Positions 13,701 through 27,897 are shown, numbered from the stretch's first letter. The stretch: DNA of 64,000 nt from Amoebophrya sp. A120 (GCA_905178155.1 CAJINV010000007.1:2089151-2153150), one strand, 5' to 3'. Made by a program: numbers and translations. The notes: generated from the letters alone by a model not told the origin.

Positions 13701-14362
13701 CACTGGAATGGTGATAACAAAAATCAAATCATTTGCAATTGATACTAAACGTAAACGGAAAACATTTGGTTCATACGCCTATGTTGACTATGTATCATGA
13801 AAAAAAAAAAACGTGCACATGGTGAAGAATTGTACTACAGGAGAAACAGATATACTTAGTCTGTAGCGGGGTACGCTGCGCGTACACATGTGTAATGCTT
13901 GCTTTCGAATAGGAATAAGACAAGTGTTGATTGACATTGAAATTGAATTATTTAAATTTTGGTTGTAGTGTAAGGAAAGGGAAACGACAACTCTTCGGAG
14001 TAATATAAGTACGTGAGTAATATCGACGCGGCCGCGGGTCTTAGGCTTTCGGTGAAACGCGCGAACGCACGACGCGAACTTTATAACAGATGAAAACTAA
14101 AACAGCAAAACAAACGTAAGCACAACATTCGTGCTACTTCCTGTAAATGAAACTCAAATCAAAATTTGCGCCGAGCAGATGCAGAGGTGTAAATCTAAAT
14201 ACTAGCTACTGCTAATATTCGTATGTTAAGCTGCCTGGTTCTTGATAGTCACAGTGTCTACTCTTCCTTCCTTTACTCCCGTGCTGGAATCAAAGAATTT
14301 TTGAGCAGCAGAGCAGCACCTCAAGCCGTGTTCTTGCGAAATCAATTGCTACTACGGCAGCT

Positions 14363-17300
14363 CTATGTGCTGAACATCATTTCCTCGGTTGGCCACCACT
14401 TGTCATGGTGTTCCAGCTATGCACTGCAAAAGTGTCTGGGTCTGGAAGTTGTGACGCGAACAAGAATTCTGGAGCGGACTACAAAAATCTGTATTGCGTG
14501 TCGTGTCGTGTGCAACGTGAGCGTTAAAATTACAAACTGTTTCACATCTCATGCAAACGTACGTATTAAAGACCGAGCTTCATCATCTCATCATGCAGGG
14601 CAGGCATGAAGAAGCCTTCGCCGTCAAACGATAACCCGTAAAAATGCTTGGCGTGCATGAAAATTCATCCGAGCCAGCTACATACAATTATCAATATCAT
14701 GTTCAGAAAGATGCATGACGAACAACCTCACGACTCTCACAGTTCCTGACCCAGACATTACATTTGCACGGGATACCAGCGACAAAACGGGCACCTCCGT
14801 TTTGAAGAGCTCGAACCGCAGCGCGTCCTGGTTTTCGAGCCGTTCCTTGTTAAAGTCCAGCTCCGGCTCCACCAATTCCCAGTTCAGCGGCTTCACCGGC
14901 TTCCCCTCGGAATACAACACGTTTTTGCTGCGCCCCTGCATCTGTCCAATGCAAATCTGTAGTTTGGGTCTGGAGACAACTTGTCAATCATCATGCGGAA
15001 TCTATTTTCTCTGAGGAGCACTTTAATATCTAAGTGGATCCTAGTACTAGTAGTATGGCAAGATTTATTTGCGACACTTTTTCATGATGCGAAACTACGG
15101 TGAACGCGCACTACAAACTGCGTCCTTGTATGACAAATGCAACTGCTCTCGTCTTGATAGTCGTGCTGTCGGCCGAGCGATGCTACAAGTTCAATTGATC
15201 ATGATCATGATGTTTATATATTTCCAGACCCAAATACCATAAATTTGCAGTGGATAGCTTCAGTCGATCCAGCTTGAATGTTCCGGACCTCTTCGGTTGC
15301 ATCCTCGCGACCAAGCGCGCGGAGGGCGGAGGCGAGGCGGTTTTCAGCTGTCGCGGGTTCAAGGTCTTGTACACCTCGAACGCGACGCTGTACATGTCTC
15401 CGAGCTGCTTTTCCCGGGTCGACTCAAATCCGTCGTCGTCCAAGGCTAAGGCCGTCGTGTACTGCAGCGACTCCTCAAACAGCCTTTCCTGCCGTTTGTC
15501 CTCCCTTTCCATCATCAGACGCCAGTAGACCTTGGTGGAAAACCGGTACCGATTTGTCTCCTTCAACTGGTTTTCCCGTTCCCGGGCCTCCACCACCTCC
15601 GCCGGGTCCTCGTCCGTGTCGAAATTCAGCACCAAGTAGTTGTCTGAGGAAAATCTGGCGCGGGTGACCATGTCGACCAACTCCGCGTAGGTGGGCGTCA
15701 TGTCGGGTCGGAGCGGCGGCAGCGGCTCGGGCGGCAGTTCCGGCGGTGGCACCCCGGCTTCCATGGCCTCGTCGTACGCCGTTTTCTTCAGGGCCCACTT
15801 GCTGTAATTCCGCATGTACAGCCGGGTCTCCTCCTTGTACGCTTCCAGCCGGCACATGTGGATGTACCTTCGGTACCGGAGCTCCGGGATGATGAACTTG
15901 TTGATGTCCCTCTCGGACATCAAATTTGCGGTCACTCGATCGTATCCTGTGTAAAAACGTCCCCACCTTATACATTAAGTCAAAATGCGAAATCTACATA
16001 GAAGAAAGGTCAACCAGTTTTAGCTCCTTTTGCGCATGACATAAACAGGCTGTTGCGCATGACAAATCTTGGCTCGCAGTGTAGTCGTCTTTAGCTAGTC
16101 AGCATGCAGATTTGCATTACAACTCTGGGGAGGTGGCGACGTTTTTACCAAGGATAGATCGTACCACTGCTTCTTGATGTCTGCCGCCGATTTATATTTC
16201 TGTGGCTGTTATGCATTGCAAATATGTCTGGGTCTGGAAGACTGCAGAGTTTATCATGCTCGGCCAGCATGTGCATGACTCTCAAGTCTGTCATGCGCGC
16301 CAGGCAAGCATCCCAGATTTTTGTCATGCGGAAACGCAGTTCGCCATGCAGAACAGGCAACACCTAGCAGCTCAGAAAATTGATGTAATGCGTGGCCACC
16401 AATTGGGACGTCCTCAAGACTGTCCAGCCAGCGACATCACAAGTTTCCAGACCTCCCAGACATATTTGCAACATTTCATAGCTGCTTGTTCTTCTTGTCC
16501 TGTAGCTTGGGCAGCGACGGCGTCGGCGCGCTGGGACCGTGGCGGCGGGACGTTTTTTGCGTCTTGTTGATCCACTGGGTCATGGTCAGTCCCATGTTAG
16601 ACGCTTGCTCCGCCTGGTCCAACGAGTTATCGAGCTCCGCGACCCTGGTTTGCATCATGTCGGACTTCAGCAGCTCTTCCCCGCAGACCTTCCGTTCCAC
16701 TTTCACCCACCGCTTCATCAGAACGCGAATGTAGCACCCGCGGTTGAACTTGAAGAAGCGGAAGGACCGCTGCACCGTGCGGGCGTGGTAGGAAAAGTTC
16801 ATCGCGCGAAAGAAGAACCGCTGCTCGGGGCGACAGGTCTTCTCCAGAAACTGCAGCATGATCCGCGCGCGCAGCCGCCGCCGACCGAGCTCCACCTTCA
16901 GCTTCGCTTTGGCGAGGAAGAAGAGCCAGAACGTTTTCCTCTTCGTGTTCTCCGTGAAGTATTTTTGGAGCGCGATCTTCGTCTCCAATGGGTGGGCCTC
17001 CACCTGCCGTTGCGCTTTCAAGGCGGGTAGAGACTTGATGTCGTCCGTCTGCATATCGTGGACCTTCAGCTCCTCGTTCTTCTGCAGGATTTGGAACAGC
17101 GAGCTCTGGTCCTCCTCATTGCTGTTTTCCACCTTCGCCCATCAAAAGGAAAAATGATCCCCCCTCCCCATTATATTTCAAAACGAAGTTCAAGTTTCTG
17201 ATGCTGGATTTGCATACACAATAAACGCGCTCCGTCTACTAGAAGTAAGGTATTGCGGCCAGATCCACCACCTTCACCTAGGTGGGTGCGTTTGTCGTTT

Positions 17301-20300
17301 GTGTCTAATAGAGTATAGCACTGCAAACGGCCACTGCCTCCCGCTATGCACAAAAGCATGCCAAATCGCTTCCATAATCAGGCGGAAGCATCTGCTGGCA
17401 CACTTGTCTCCTTGCAAGACATCATGTGCGTTTTTTTTGTGGCCACAAATCACCAACAACACAAATTCATTCCGAATGTTCTTGATGTGTAAGTTTTCAA
17501 TATGAGGAGGGGGGATTTTTCCTCTCAATAGCGTCACCTGCTGGATGAACTCCTTTTCCTTCTCGGACGGAAGCGCGATTTCCTCGAAATACCGTGCGGA
17601 GAGCGCCAGCTGGATGAAGACCGGCCAGGCGCGCTGCAGGGCCTTCATGCGCGCCTTCGCGTTGTCGTCGACCGGGTTCATCGGCTTCGCGTTCTCGATC
17701 GCCCACGCCCGTGCCATTTTCTTCTCGTAGTTCACCAGAATCGCGTTGCGCCAGTCTTCCACCTGGGTCAGGTATCGCTCGAACACCTCCTGGCGGTGCT
17801 GCTTCAGCGACTTCAGGTGCGTTTCCAGGTACACGGTCCGCGACTCCGGGTGCCACTTTGCGCGCAAGTTCATGCGGTTCCTGGCGATGATGAAGGTCGG
17901 CGGCTTGGTCCACACGGCGAGCGCCACGTCCACTAACTTCACCTCGTCTGTGACTTTTTGTTTTTCCTCCTTTTTCGCGACCTGCAGAAAGTCGACGTCC
18001 TCGTCATCCGAGTCCCTCCGGTAAATCACGCTCATGATTCTCGGCAGCAGGTCGTCCAGCAAGTCCTTGCACTGCCGCAGCAGGTTCTCGTTTTCCTGCA
18101 CTTCGGCGGAGAAATTGTTCAGGTCCACGCCACCGGACTTGTTGCCCTTGTTGCCCTGGAGCCGCTGCAACTCCAGGCGCTCCTCCGCCGTGTCAATTTG
18201 CAGCAGAATCTTGCTGATCCGGTAGTTCAACACTTTCGTGTCCGGCTCCAACGCGTATGCAACACAAATTTCCTGCCCGCTGCAGCACACGTACAAAATG
18301 CATCACAGATTTCGCAAATTTATATAGAGAAGTGTAAACACTTGTTGTGCAGCTGGTTAGGATCGAGGGTATAGTTTTGTCATGCAGAATAAACCGCATT
18401 TCCATATGTACAACGTGTGCCGCGGGAAAAAAAATATTTTCTTTGGATACCGTGCCCTGGTACTGAAGCTCCTTCGACACGAAGGTGTCGGAGAAAGTTA
18501 AGCTGTGGATCAAGCCCGGCGTGTCTTTGATGGCGTTCCAGTTGAACTGTTCGGTGTGGAGTAAGGATTTTTCCTGCTCCCGGTTCAGCTGCGCGACCCG
18601 CTCGGCCTCCGCCTCGGCCTCCCGCTCCTCCTTCGACAGCTTCTGCTTCTTTGGCTGCATGAAGGAGAAAAGCTGCTGCTTCTTCTGTGGTCTGCTCGTC
18701 GCCCCGGCAGTAGCTCCTGCTTTCTCGTTCTGCAAAGCCAACCGCTTCGCCTGCTCCTCCTGCTCGTACTTCATCGCCGCCAGTCCGCCCGGCTGCGGGC
18801 CGGTGAAGAGGCGCTTCGTCTGCTCCGCCTTGATGAAATTTTTCGCGTCGTACGCGACCACAAAGCTGCTGGCCACGGACTGCTGCTTCTTCTCCAGCAA
18901 GTCTTGCAGCTCCTGCTTCACGCTCGGGTGCGGTCTCTCCAGCGGCGCGCCGGTCTGCTCGTGGAAGAACTGCTTGGTGGAGTCCTGGAAGGCGGAATGG
19001 AGAAAATCCCCGAAATTCTCCACCTCATACGGTGCGGGGTGCAGCAAATCTCTGTGGTCATCAAAGTGAAAGTACAGAGGGTCGGTGTTGTTCCGGTTCG
19101 TGACGCGGGAGGACTTGCTCCTCGCGATTCTCCGGCTGCGCTCCAGGTTGGCCTGCTCGATTTTCTGGTGGAGCCTCTTGCGCAAGTACTCCAACACCGG
19201 TTCCGACACGATGGCGCGGTTCAGTTTCGAGAATTTGCTCGGCTCCGGCCGCACGTTCGCCCGCGGAAGCAGCGGCTGGAGGAGTTGCAGCGTCGGCTGC
19301 GCGGACATCTTTAAACGGTTTGCGTTTTCCTCCGTATTTTCGTCCGCGGCCTCATCATCTTCCCCGTACCGGAGTTTTAGATCCACCTTCGTCGGTACCA
19401 TGTGGTACGACCGGCCGGCGAGGTGCTGCCCCGCGAGCGCCTGGGTATCCTGGTACGCCTGGATGGCGGCCAACCCCAGATCGGCCGTCGACGTCTGGTT
19501 CAGAAAGGGCATCGTCAAACTCGCCTCCAAATTCACCCGCCGGTCGCTGTGCGCTGGGGAGGCGAGATCAAGACCATCATGATGGGGACTAGTACTACTA
19601 GTACGGAATAACAAGTCTTTATTTCGGTTGCTTTCCTCTACTTGTTCCCCGTCACTGTAACTTTGCACGCCGAAGAAACTGGTCTTGCAGTCCTTCACCT
19701 TTTTCAGCACCCGCTTCTGGTTCACGCCAAACCGGGCGGCCCGGCCGCCGGTGACCGCCGCGCGGATCGACCTTTCGTTCGGCGCGCCGATCTTCAGCTT
19801 GCCCTCGTCGTGGCCCCCGGGCTCGAGCAGGTAGGGGAGCTTTGGAATCTGCTTCGACAACCGCGGAGCGTGGATCAGGGTGCGGGACAAGTTGATCAAA
19901 AGCCGCTGCTGTTCCTGCTGTTTGTGGATGTAGTCCTGCAGAAACTCGTTCACCAGAGTTTGCTTCTCCTGTTTGGGCAGCCGGTCCAGAATCTCCGAGC
20001 GGCTAGCGATGGTCTTGTGGAAGGCATTCACTTTGGTCCCGGCGCGGTTCATGCGCAGGGTCGGCGAGCTGGCGGGGAACATGTCGACTCGGAGCGCCAG
20101 CATGTCCCGGATCAACACGTTGCAGACCTCCACGTCGCGCAGCGGCTATCCTGTGCAAAAGTATCGTAGTCGTACTAATTGCAAACATGCATGACAAATC
20201 TCCTTCCTAAGGTAAAACAGCATTACAAATTCCACTTTTCTTCTTGCCAAAATTTGTGATGCAATTTACACTAGTACGATACTTTTGCAATGCATAGCGG

Positions 20301-22868
20301 CAGCATCGACACGATGTGCTGCAGCTCGTCCTCCGATCTCGAGGTCAACGACGTCACGGTTTCCGAGACGTTATCCAGCCAGGGTCCCCCTGCACCACCA
20401 CCGTTGTCCGAGGACAGTAATGTCGCCGATTGGAGATGATGTTGACCACCATGATGCGCACCAGAAGTTGTGCTGGACAGGAAGTTTGCGATGGGCGAGC
20501 TCTGCAGCATGTTCCCCGTGCTGGTGCTGGTTCCGGCAAACCCGGTCATCGTGGCGGTGGTCGTGCCCTGCAAAGCCAGCTTCTCGGCGTTCGTGCGGCT
20601 CTCCATCGGCTGGAGCAGTTTTTCCAAGTGCATCGGCAGCATGGCGTTTTTTCGCACCACCATCGTGTTGCGCAGTCCCTCCGGCAGCGCCCGCGGGTGG
20701 TTTTTCCGGTGCTCCATCAGCGCCTCGCGGTGCTTCGTCAGCAGCTGCTGGAGAAACTCGCAGTCCTGGGCGGGCACCCGGCCGGACCCCTCCAGCGTGG
20801 AAGCCGCGGTCTCGGACAGTTGGTCCGGCTGCCAGTACAGGTGCAACAGGAGTTTCAGGTCGCTCCGCTGCTGATTCGTGAAGAAGGAGCAATTGCCGGT
20901 TTTGTTCGGGTTCCCCTCCTTTGCCAGGTAGAGCGCGAGACAGAGCAGTTTTTCCCCGTAGGTCACCCACGCCTCCAACTTCTTCTCCGTGTCGCTCTTG
21001 CGCCGCAGCGTTCGCGACTCGATTTTTTCCGTCCGGTTCCAGGCTCGAGGCTGAATCGGCGCGGTCAGGTGACTCCGGGAGGTCCCCTGCACGTAGTTAT
21101 TCCATCCTGCCCCAGTCGTCTGACGCGCCGGGTTCAACGGCGTCAATTTGTTCATCTGCTGTGGTCTCCGGGCGATCGGCTTCGACGACGACCCTGTGGT
21201 CGTGATGTTCCCGCTCGTTGACGTTGTGGTCTTCTGCAAAACCGAAGTGGTGGTCGTGGACATCAGTGCACTTCCGGGTGGTCCGATCAACGTCTTCGAC
21301 AGAGGTTGCTTCTGCAACTCCAGAAGCTCTTCCGACTGCGGCGGGTAGCTAGACTGCACACCGTGGACCGTGCCGGAAATCTCGTCGAAATCCCGCAGAA
21401 GCAACTTGCTGCTGCTCGAGTTGTCAGTTCTTAGCGCAATTCTGCTGTTAGTGTTTGCTCTATCTTCAGAAATCGGACCACCACTGCTGATCTTTGCCTC
21501 CAGCAACTCCGGGTAGCCGTTTGCAAAGTGTTTCGGCAAAGCCGCGCGGGGCACGCCCCCATCCGGGGAGGACAGTTTTCGCCAGTCGTTTTCCTGGCCG
21601 GAGGGCAGGTAGGATTTGACTTCCTTGCCCGTGAACTTCCCGTAGGTCGACCCGAGCGGGAGGGGTTCGCGTTTTTTGCGCGCATTACTGCCGTCGTCCG
21701 CCGCCGCGCCGCCGAACGCGGAAAACGACATGAGTTTCGCGCGCTCCTTCTTCATCATGCCGGCCGCGAACCCGGTGGCGGCCGAGGGCTTCTTGCCGAA
21801 CCCGCCCGTCAAGGCGGCGAGTCCGCCGAGAGACCCGGCGGAGTTCAACAGAGAAGAGGCGCCGTTGTTTTGGTCGCCCGTTATTTGCGGCTTCTTCAGC
21901 TCCTCTTGGTAGTATGCGTCGCCGATAGTCGTCGCCGCTTGTGCGGGCGGCATCCGGCCCAAAGGAGAAATTGTTGTTTTTGTTTCCTCATTGTCTTCCG
22001 CTTCCAGAAAGGTCTTGCTCAGAAACTGGGCGTAGAACCCCGGATCACAGGTGCCTTTCGGATCCACATGCTTCGCGAACGAGCTGGTCAGGTCCTGCGC
22101 CGCACCGTCGGCCGCAAAGCCACCGTGCGCGGAGGTCTTGCTGCGTTTCAGCTTGTTGCCGAACCCGGCTTGTTTCATCCCAGGGCCGCCTGCTTTGGGT
22201 TTTTGCAGCAGCGAGGATTGCTGTTGCTGATAATTCGCGGCTTCGGAAGCCGCGGGTGGTCCTACTGCTGCTCCGCCGCTACTTGCAGATGATGCTCCGA
22301 AATCGCCGACGGTTGCTGCTTTTGCACCAGCAACGACGACTTCAGTTGAGGGCGTTCTTGTCTTCACTACAGATGATCCATCTGCCTGCTTTGGTTCCGC
22401 GTCGACTTTACTGGTTTTTAATGACGAGGATGTTGATCCAGCATCCGCTGGTTTAATACTTGCCGCCGCCGCTGCAGAAGTGCCACCAGCAGCTGCTTCG
22501 GCGTTGATAGTAGCTTTGTTCGCGGCTTTTGGCGAACCCGCCGAACCGCCCCCGGCGTTCGTTGGACTCGCGAGACTTGTGGATGGCGAGGTCGTGGGGC
22601 TGTTGCTGGTCATCTCCGTGTTGCCGGACCCTTGTTTCATCCGTCTCCGCTCCGTACTACTGTCGGCCCGCGAGGACAGATAAGGGTTATTACCCGGGTT
22701 TTCCCCACCCAGCTCGGAATCCCGCTCCGCTTCCGGAGAATGCCCCCGGCTGCGGGAAAACTCCCGCAGGTTTCCGCCGGACCGCTGTAGCAGCTGCTGC
22801 GTAACCTCCACATTCTGACGCACGGTCGCGCCCTTCTCCACGAGAAAGTCGCAGCTGTCTTTTGTCAT
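14363..22868 (-). CDS. Large hypothetical protein (~2192 aa; 8 exons, 7 introners), low-complexity N-terminus and coiled-coil-rich C-terminus
   Basis: ORFs 20271-22883, 18193-20133, 17274-18296, 16476-17132, micro-exon 16157-16209, 15183-15935, 14678-14941 and a last exon to the TAG at 14363 join in frame (8506-1927=6579 nt). No domain recognised; the start codon is uncertain. Confidence 0.75.
14418..14775. mobile_element. Introner, family A (358 bp)
   Basis: Ends TATGCACTGCAAAAGTGTCTGGGTCTGGAA ... TTCCTGACCCAGACATTACATTTGCACGGGATA. Perfect repeat CCAGC. Confidence 0.85.
14943..15256. mobile_element. Introner, family A variant (314 bp)
   Basis: Ends TGTCCAATGCAAATCTGTAGTTTGGGTCTGGA ... TTCCAGACCCAAATACCATAAATTTGCAGTGGATA. 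Repeat GCATC/GCTTC. Removing 319 nt joins KLDRL-x-QGRSK. Confidence 0.85.
15943..16156. mobile_element. Introner, family C (214 bp)
   Basis: 26-bp TIR TATCCTGTGTAAAAACGTCCCCACCT / AGGTGGCGACGTTTTTACCAAGGATA. Perfect repeat GATCG. Join QWYD-RVTANL. Confidence 0.9.
16210..16480. mobile_element. Introner, family A (271 bp)
   Basis: Ends TATGCATTGCAAATATGTCTGGGTCTGGAA ... CCCAGACATATTTGCAACATTTCATA. Repeat GCTGT/GCTGC. Interior aligns with 48527-48778. Confidence 0.9.
17140..17530. mobile_element. Introner, family D, degenerate (391 bp)
   Basis: Ends CATCAAAAGGAAAAATGATCCCCCC ... GGGGGATTTTTCCTCTCAATA. Repeat TCGCC/GCGTC (3/5). Join is in frame. Interior homologous to 2224-2549. Confidence 0.8.
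18256..18449. mobile_element. Degenerate introner (194 bp)
   Basis: TAT...ATA termini with a weak inverted repeat. Repeat ACGCG/CCGTG (3/5). Removing 199 nt matches the frame offset between the flanking ORFs. Confidence 0.65.
20147..20296. mobile_element. Introner, family B (150 bp)
   Basis: Ends TATCCTGTGCAAAAGTATCGTA ... TACGATACTTTTGCAATGCATA. Perfect repeat GCGGC. Join SMLP-LRDVEV. Confidence 0.92.
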
Positions 22869-24006
22869 AGTTTGTAAGCACAATCAAGCGAGTGCGAATT
22901 TGTACTTAATCCGTGCTATCCTTTACTTTTTGGGTTTGGGGTGGGATGGGGTTTGGGGTACAATTGAAAAATGAATGACGTACCTGTAGATCATTTCTCG
23001 GTACAAAAAGTATGAAGGACATGATCCATAAGGTATTTCGTGCTCATCGCATCGTGCAGCGGATGAAAGAAAAAGTAATTTACTTTATCTAAAAGTACTC
23101 AAACTCAAATGAACGACATCGACGGCATGAATGGGAGGTCTAGTAGCTCTACTTACCTCTACGTGCTCGGTAGACAGGAAGAAGATCACCAGGTGGGACG
23201 AGAAACACCACATATAGGAAGATGGAAGAAATGCAGCTGAAAACGGAGACGAAGTTCGTCTGTACCTGTACGACAACTAGGAGTAGGAGTACAACGATAA
23301 GAACGAAAAATACGACTGAAAGAACGTGAAAGATGTGTCGCACCAGCAGGCAATAAACCAGAGCGACATTAGGAGATTGAGAACTTCTTCTGCTTCTAGC
23401 GCGGCAGGGGCTAGCCCTACGTCTACTGACGGCACGGGGGTCGTGGCACCAACATACAACATCGACACAACATTTGCATCCTTCTAAAATTAAAACCACT
23501 GTACGAAGTCAAAGCGAAGAACGGGCCAGGTTTGATGACGATCTAGAGGAGGTGTTCTTGAGGATCAGATTTCAAAATGATCATCATGGGATGTCGGCAC
23601 AGAGCATCAACATTGCGTTTTCTTCAGGTTAGCTGGAAGGTGCAGTGGTGCTTAGGCTTACCCCTCACCATGCTGTGACCGCCTCCTGGTCTTCTGACAC
23701 AAGATGAAGAATCTTCTTTGCCTTTGTCGCTTGATCATGTCCGATTCCAACACAACGACAGGTTGTGGCTCAAGTACTATTTCGCTTCTGGTACGACTCG
23801 TCATCTTTCTTGCCCTTGCCTTTGATCACGCTTGCTATATCTGTTGTATACTAGTCAGAGATGACGAGTTGATCACTGTACTTTTTTCTATGTAGTAGCG
23901 GCCGGACCGCCGGCACGACGAAGTCCTGCTGGAAATCAAAAGATGTTGAAGTAAAGCGCACAACAATTTCGTGCAGCCCTGGTCTTCTTGTCGCGTAATT
24001 AGCTCC

Positions 24007-27000
24007 TCAAAATAGGCTTGGGTAGTGTCCTGTCTCCGCGATCCCGAACTTTGCTTTTCGCTCCGCCAGATCCCGCACCAGCCGCCCCCCGCGGATCGTG
24101 TCCGGGTGGGTGACCTCCGCCTCATACAGCCGGACCAGCGGGCCCTGAAGGCGCGCGAGCTTCGGTAGGAGCCAGTGGGTCAGAAAGGAGTGCCCGGATT
24201 GCAGGTACATTTCCTCCATGCGCTGAACGAAAAACTTCTTCTGTGCCTGCATCGGATGAAATAAATCCTCGTTTAACTGTGGAGAAGAACTGTTGTTGTC
24301 CTTTGTCTGCTGATCATTATGTGTAGGCAGGCTATCCTTATCGTCGAGTTCGGCGGCATAAAAATTTCCGAGGTTTCTCCTCCGCTGCGCATGCAGCTCC
24401 TGCACGCTCAGTGCCGCATTGCTGCTGCAAAGTCGCACCTCCCGCATGAACAGCTGCAGTTCCCGCCTCCGCAGCGCGCCATACTCGTCTTGCGCGCACG
24501 CCGCGAGTAGAAAGCGGTCCAAAATCTGGTTCGCACGAAACCGGTCTTGCAAGAGGCTGTACCCGAAAAAGGTAGCAGGGGAGGGGTCGTTCTCGAGAAT
24601 GCAGTGGAAGCCCTTGAGAAACGGGGAGTAGATATACAGGGCGGGAATCAGTCCTTCGCCAAGCGCATCAACGTGGTGCACCACCTCGGACTCCTTCTTT
24701 CCTACCGCAATGACGTCGCGGGATGAATTGTCGCCCCTTCTTGCTTTTATCTCGCTGTGCTCGTCACTTCTTGTCTGTCTTGTCGGCGACGTAACTTTCG
24801 TCGTGCCGCACTTTCCTATTGTGCGAACGTACGGAAGGTAGTCGGGCTGCTTGCCAAATCCCAAAGCGGTGATCGGCGGGAAGTGGGAAACTCGGTGCTG
24901 GAAGAAAAACGACACAACTGGCAGCTCTGAATTGGATTTTTGCGGTGGCGGATTATTTGCAACTGTAGAAGCCGAGGACATCGCAGGTTGCGGTTGGGGC
25001 CTTGATGTCGGGTCCGTCCGATCCTCCTTCTTATTTCCGAGGTCAGGACTCTTCGAACAAAACGTCCAACAAAACAACCAGTGATCCTTCGTAAGAATCA
25101 TAAACCGCCGGGAGCAGACAGCGACTGACTTGATGTTGTTCACCTTCGTCATCGTCCGAGCAGCAGATGATGAAGAGCCTGTCGTGCTGATACCTGCGTG
25201 CGGCGGTTGCGTGTGGGGTATCGTGTAGAACAAATCTTCCGCACCTAGTGCTGGTGGTTGTACTTCTCGCCCTGGTATGGCCGTATCTGTTGTTCCTTTA
25301 CCATGTTGCCCTATAATTCTCTCCCCGGTTTCCGTGTCGAAGAGGCAAAATTTGTCATCGTAAACCAGCAATGCGAATTTGGCGCAGACTGCCAAGGCCG
25401 ACGGCGCAGGTTCTACTCTCGTGATCCAGCTGGAGGATGGAGTGCTGCCCGTGCTTGCTTGCGCCGTTGTACTCGACGACGGTGTACCGGCACCACCCAG
25501 AGCGGCCGAATTTCCGCCTTGCTGCTCGGCTTTCGTTTTGTTCGCGGCTGCTGGTGTCGGTGGAAATTTCACCCCCGCGAGCTGACCGTCGGAGTAGAAC
25601 AAGTGCCAGCTTCGGTTTTCATCCGCTCCGTAGAGCTCTTGACTGCTGCTGGAGTGGTCACTTGCAGTTTTATGGTTCCTGATGTCTTGTGCAGCTACGT
25701 GGTCGCCCGCAGCGACGCCCCCACCCGCTGATGAACCAGCTTTAGTACCAGCAAAGCGAAGATGTTCATCTTGCGCACTTCTCTCCTTTTCGAACCTGGA
25801 CATGTCCAAGCGGGGCTGCGCCTTGCGATCCAGTCCCTGCGAATCCACGCCGGGGTGGTCTTTCAAAGCCGCGCGGACAAATTTCGCGGTCTCCTCCGGA
25901 TGCGAAGCTCCGGAATTCGCGACTACTTTCGCCAAGTACAGCATGTCCTCGGCGTTCTGGTGCGCGGGCCGAAACAAGGCCCGGTACTCCGCCTCGCTCA
26001 ATCGGTGAATCCAAGAAAAAAAAGATTGTAATGCGCAACACGCAATGTGATTGCGTCTGTCATGCTGGTCATGTGCCGTAAAAACCGTAAGGTCGAGCAT
26101 CTGCATTCAACACGTGCGTTTATTCATTTCTGTAGTTGATGTTGAAGTTGTACTATGTGGTGTGCGCATGACAGTTTTATTTTGCTGTCATGCCAGATTT
26201 AGCTCTAGCATCGAAAGAGCATACTACATTTTACAGCTTTTTTTTCTTGGATACGCTGCACCAGGTCCTTGCTGGAGAAAGTTGCGCCTGATGCAGCAGA
26301 CGACAACACACGACCAGCAGCCGTCCCAGCTCCGCCTGTGCCGGTTGTGTCCGCACAGAAATCTTCCGATTCAAAATCTTCACCCTCCGCAACAGTACTA
26401 CCACCCCGCCCGCCGAGCAGACTTTTCTCCACCGCCCTCTTTAGATGTCTTTCCGCCTGTTCCGCAGTCCACCCGCCCGCAGAGGAAAGAACCCGCTTTG
26501 CCCGTAGATTTTCCGCCAAAATTTTCATCTTCAAGAAAAAAATCGCCTGCTGCGCGTGCTGCTGCTTCTCCGAGCAGGGCTGCAGCCGCTTCGCGGCCTC
26601 GGACATGAAAAGTTGGCCGTCCAGCTCTGGATCAAATTGCGGGCCTCTCCCGAGGGCCTCCGCGAGACGGATGGTGTTTGAAGATGATGGGGAGCCGGCA
26701 GGTTTGGGTTTTGCTTGCTCGGGGGTCGTTTCATTTCCTTGTTCTGCCGCAGGTGTTCTCGCTGTAGAAGCGGAGGAGGACGTCGACCCGGATGGGTTTA
26801 CATTACCAGCACTACTTGTTCCAGAAGGCTTACCTCCCAGAAAGTTCTGCAGCTTTTTGAAAATTTCGACTCGCGTTCGTTGTCGGGCGCTAACCTTGTT
26901 GTCAACATCCGAGGTGCCCATGTTTACATCTGCTGTCGCTCTGGACGAAGATGATGCAGCTTTTGCGGTGCCCGCCTTCTTGTTGCCACTGCTTTCACTC

Positions 27001-27897
27001 GTTGCAACTGCTGTGCCAGCTTTTGCTTGTTTCGCAGATTTCTTGTTCACAGAAGACTGCTCGTGCTCCGCCGATGGTGCGACCTTTTTATCACCCCCCG
27101 TATTGATTGCCAAAATTGCTTGCAAATTAGCAATCTTCTCCGTTCTGGTTTTTCCCTCCGCTGCGATGAGTTGTCTGATTTGATAGTGAGCATCACCGGA
27201 CTCATCTTCCCCCGCCTCCTTCCTGTCGTCCAAGCACCAGGCCGCGAGCTGCGTCTGCAGCAAATCCATCTTGAACTTCGTCAAGTTTGGAATTTTGCCA
27301 AATTGCGACATCCGCCTGCGCTGGGCTACAGAGGTTTTGTTGGCTGTATCCTCCCGGTACCGCTGGAAGGCACCGGGGTCCTCCGGGTCCAGGGCTAGTA
27401 CGTCAGCGAAGTTCGCGCTCGGGTCAGCGTCGACCTGGTGAGTTGTCGAATTGGGTACCGAGAATGCAAATAGATAGTAAGTATGATCACCAAGCGACAG
27501 CGGGCTTGTTCACTCTCTTGCATTCAGGAACAAGATTAAGATCTTCATACATGATCAGGTAGAAGCATACCTCCTCTTCTTCGTCCTCTCCTGCATGCGC
27601 CGCGAAGCTTTGTTTCGCTTTCGTCCCATCTCCCTTCAACAACACTCCTCCTCTGCTGGAACTCGAGGCTTGTTGTCCAGCTGACGCCGAACGGTGTTTA
27701 ATACTATTCGTCTTGTTGATCTTCCCAGCTGCTGCACCCGAGGAGATTGTCGCTTTATTTCCAGATCCCAAGAGAACGCCGCCGCCGCTCTTGAGACCGG
27801 CTGCATCTTGCCCGAGCGCCGGTCCCTCATCCTCATCGTCAGAGGAATCCTCGATGATCTCCGCCTCAATGCGCCGCTTCTTCACTACGCCGGACAT
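24007..27897 (-). CDS. Hypothetical protein with 3 exons; possible RCC1-like blade (IKSVAVCSRRFMILTKDHWLFCW)
   Basis: ORFs 27487-27897, 26205-27311 and 24007-26106 are joined by the GT-AG intron 27435-27570 (frame-consistent) and a probable GT-AG intron 26101-26234. Confidence 0.6.

Noticed and set aside
10900-14300. Genes or elements in the 11-14 kb region, including an AT-rich patch near 12110-12140 resembling 35908-35945
   Set aside because: Only short ORFs without motifs were found, and the similarity is short and low-complexity.
20285-22804. Long plus-strand ORFs overlapping minus-strand genes (also 26269-27183 and 49939-50867)
   Set aside because: They are antisense shadows of GC3-rich coding sequence with no recognisable motifs.
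22917-23021. Possible introner (TATCCTTTACTTTTTG ... CAAAAAGTATGAAGGACA)
   Set aside because: The inverted repeat is weak, there is no matching 5-bp duplication, and no frame test is possible.
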